From Escherichia coli (lineage in GTDB: Bacteria; Pseudomonadota; Gammaproteobacteria; Enterobacterales; Enterobacteriaceae): a DNA stretch of 64,000 nucleotides. The DNA lies in assembly GCF_003334315.1 (NCBI RefSeq), contig NZ_QOWR01000024.1; one strand, given 5' to 3'. A program made the translations under genes and the position numbers. Of the stretch, positions 63,735 through 64,000 are shown piece by piece (the first letter of the stretch is position 1; every line of letters starts with the position of its first letter). Below the pieces are notes generated by a model that saw nothing but the letters and a program-made list of their open reading frames with translations, searched no databases and was not told the DNA's origin.

Positions 63735-63849
63735 TATTCTACGTACTTTCAGCGATGAAGGTATGGAAGAGGTGGCGGTAATAACCGCAGGCACCAGGGA
63801 GGATAACGTTGCTTTAGCAACGGCCCGAAGGGCGAGCCGCAAGGCGAGT

Positions 63850-63868
63850 AATCCTCCCGGATGCACCA
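63850..63868 (+). other. 19-nt exact copy of tRNA-Arg 3' end in inter-tRNA spacer
   Basis: AATCCTCCCGGATGCACCA identical to the 3' end of argV (63716-63734). Confidence 0.8.
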
Positions 63869-63932
63869 TCTCTTACTTGATACGGCTTTAGTAGCGGTAT
63901 CAAAAAATCTGCAGTAAAGTAAGTTTCCCGAT

Positions 63933-64000
63933 GCATCCGTAGCTCAGCTGGATAGAGTACTCGGCTACGAACCGAGCGGTCGGAGGTTCGAATCCTCCCG
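63933..64000 (+). tRNA. argY: Second tRNA-Arg (ACG) copy, truncated by window end
   Basis: Identical to the first 68 nt of argV; window ends inside the T-arm. Confidence 0.9.

Noticed and set aside
63735-64000. Integrated mobile element at the tRNA-Arg locus
   Set aside because: Only a 19-nt tRNA 3' fragment and a second tRNA copy are visible before the window ends; tandem arg tRNA genes are normal at this locus and no integrase or cargo is present.

Overview
This window reads as a well-characterised Escherichia coli chromosomal segment, in reverse-complement orientation relative to K-12 MG1655 numbering. I found no evidence of a previously undescribed system: every ORF longer than about 100 aa that is not an obvious antisense or out-of-frame artefact matches a known E. 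coli gene in K-12 order. Gene order: 3' end of casA, casBCDE-cas1-cas2 (type I-E), CRISPR array (9 repeats, 8 spacers), iap, cysDNC, ygbE, ftsB, ispDF, truD, surE, pcm, nlpD, rpoS, ygbN-M-L-K-J (convergent) and ygbI, pphB, mutS, ygbA, fhlA, hypEDCBA, hycABCDEFGHI, ascBF/ascG, hydN-hypF, norWV/norR, gutQ-srlR-gutM-srlDBEA, mltB, pncC, recA-recX, alaS, csrA, serV-argV-argY(partial). The most notable departure is rpoS, which encodes only 212 aa because of an in-frame 354-bp deletion removing sigma regions 2.2-3, so the strain is predicted to be RpoS-deficient. Second, the cas operon looks intact but is a non-K-12 sequence variant; its 8 spacers cannot be assigned targets by eye. Gene identities rest on recalled protein sequences and lengths plus synteny, not on database searches. 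Start codons were moved from the longest-ORF start to the conserved N-terminus where I recognised it.
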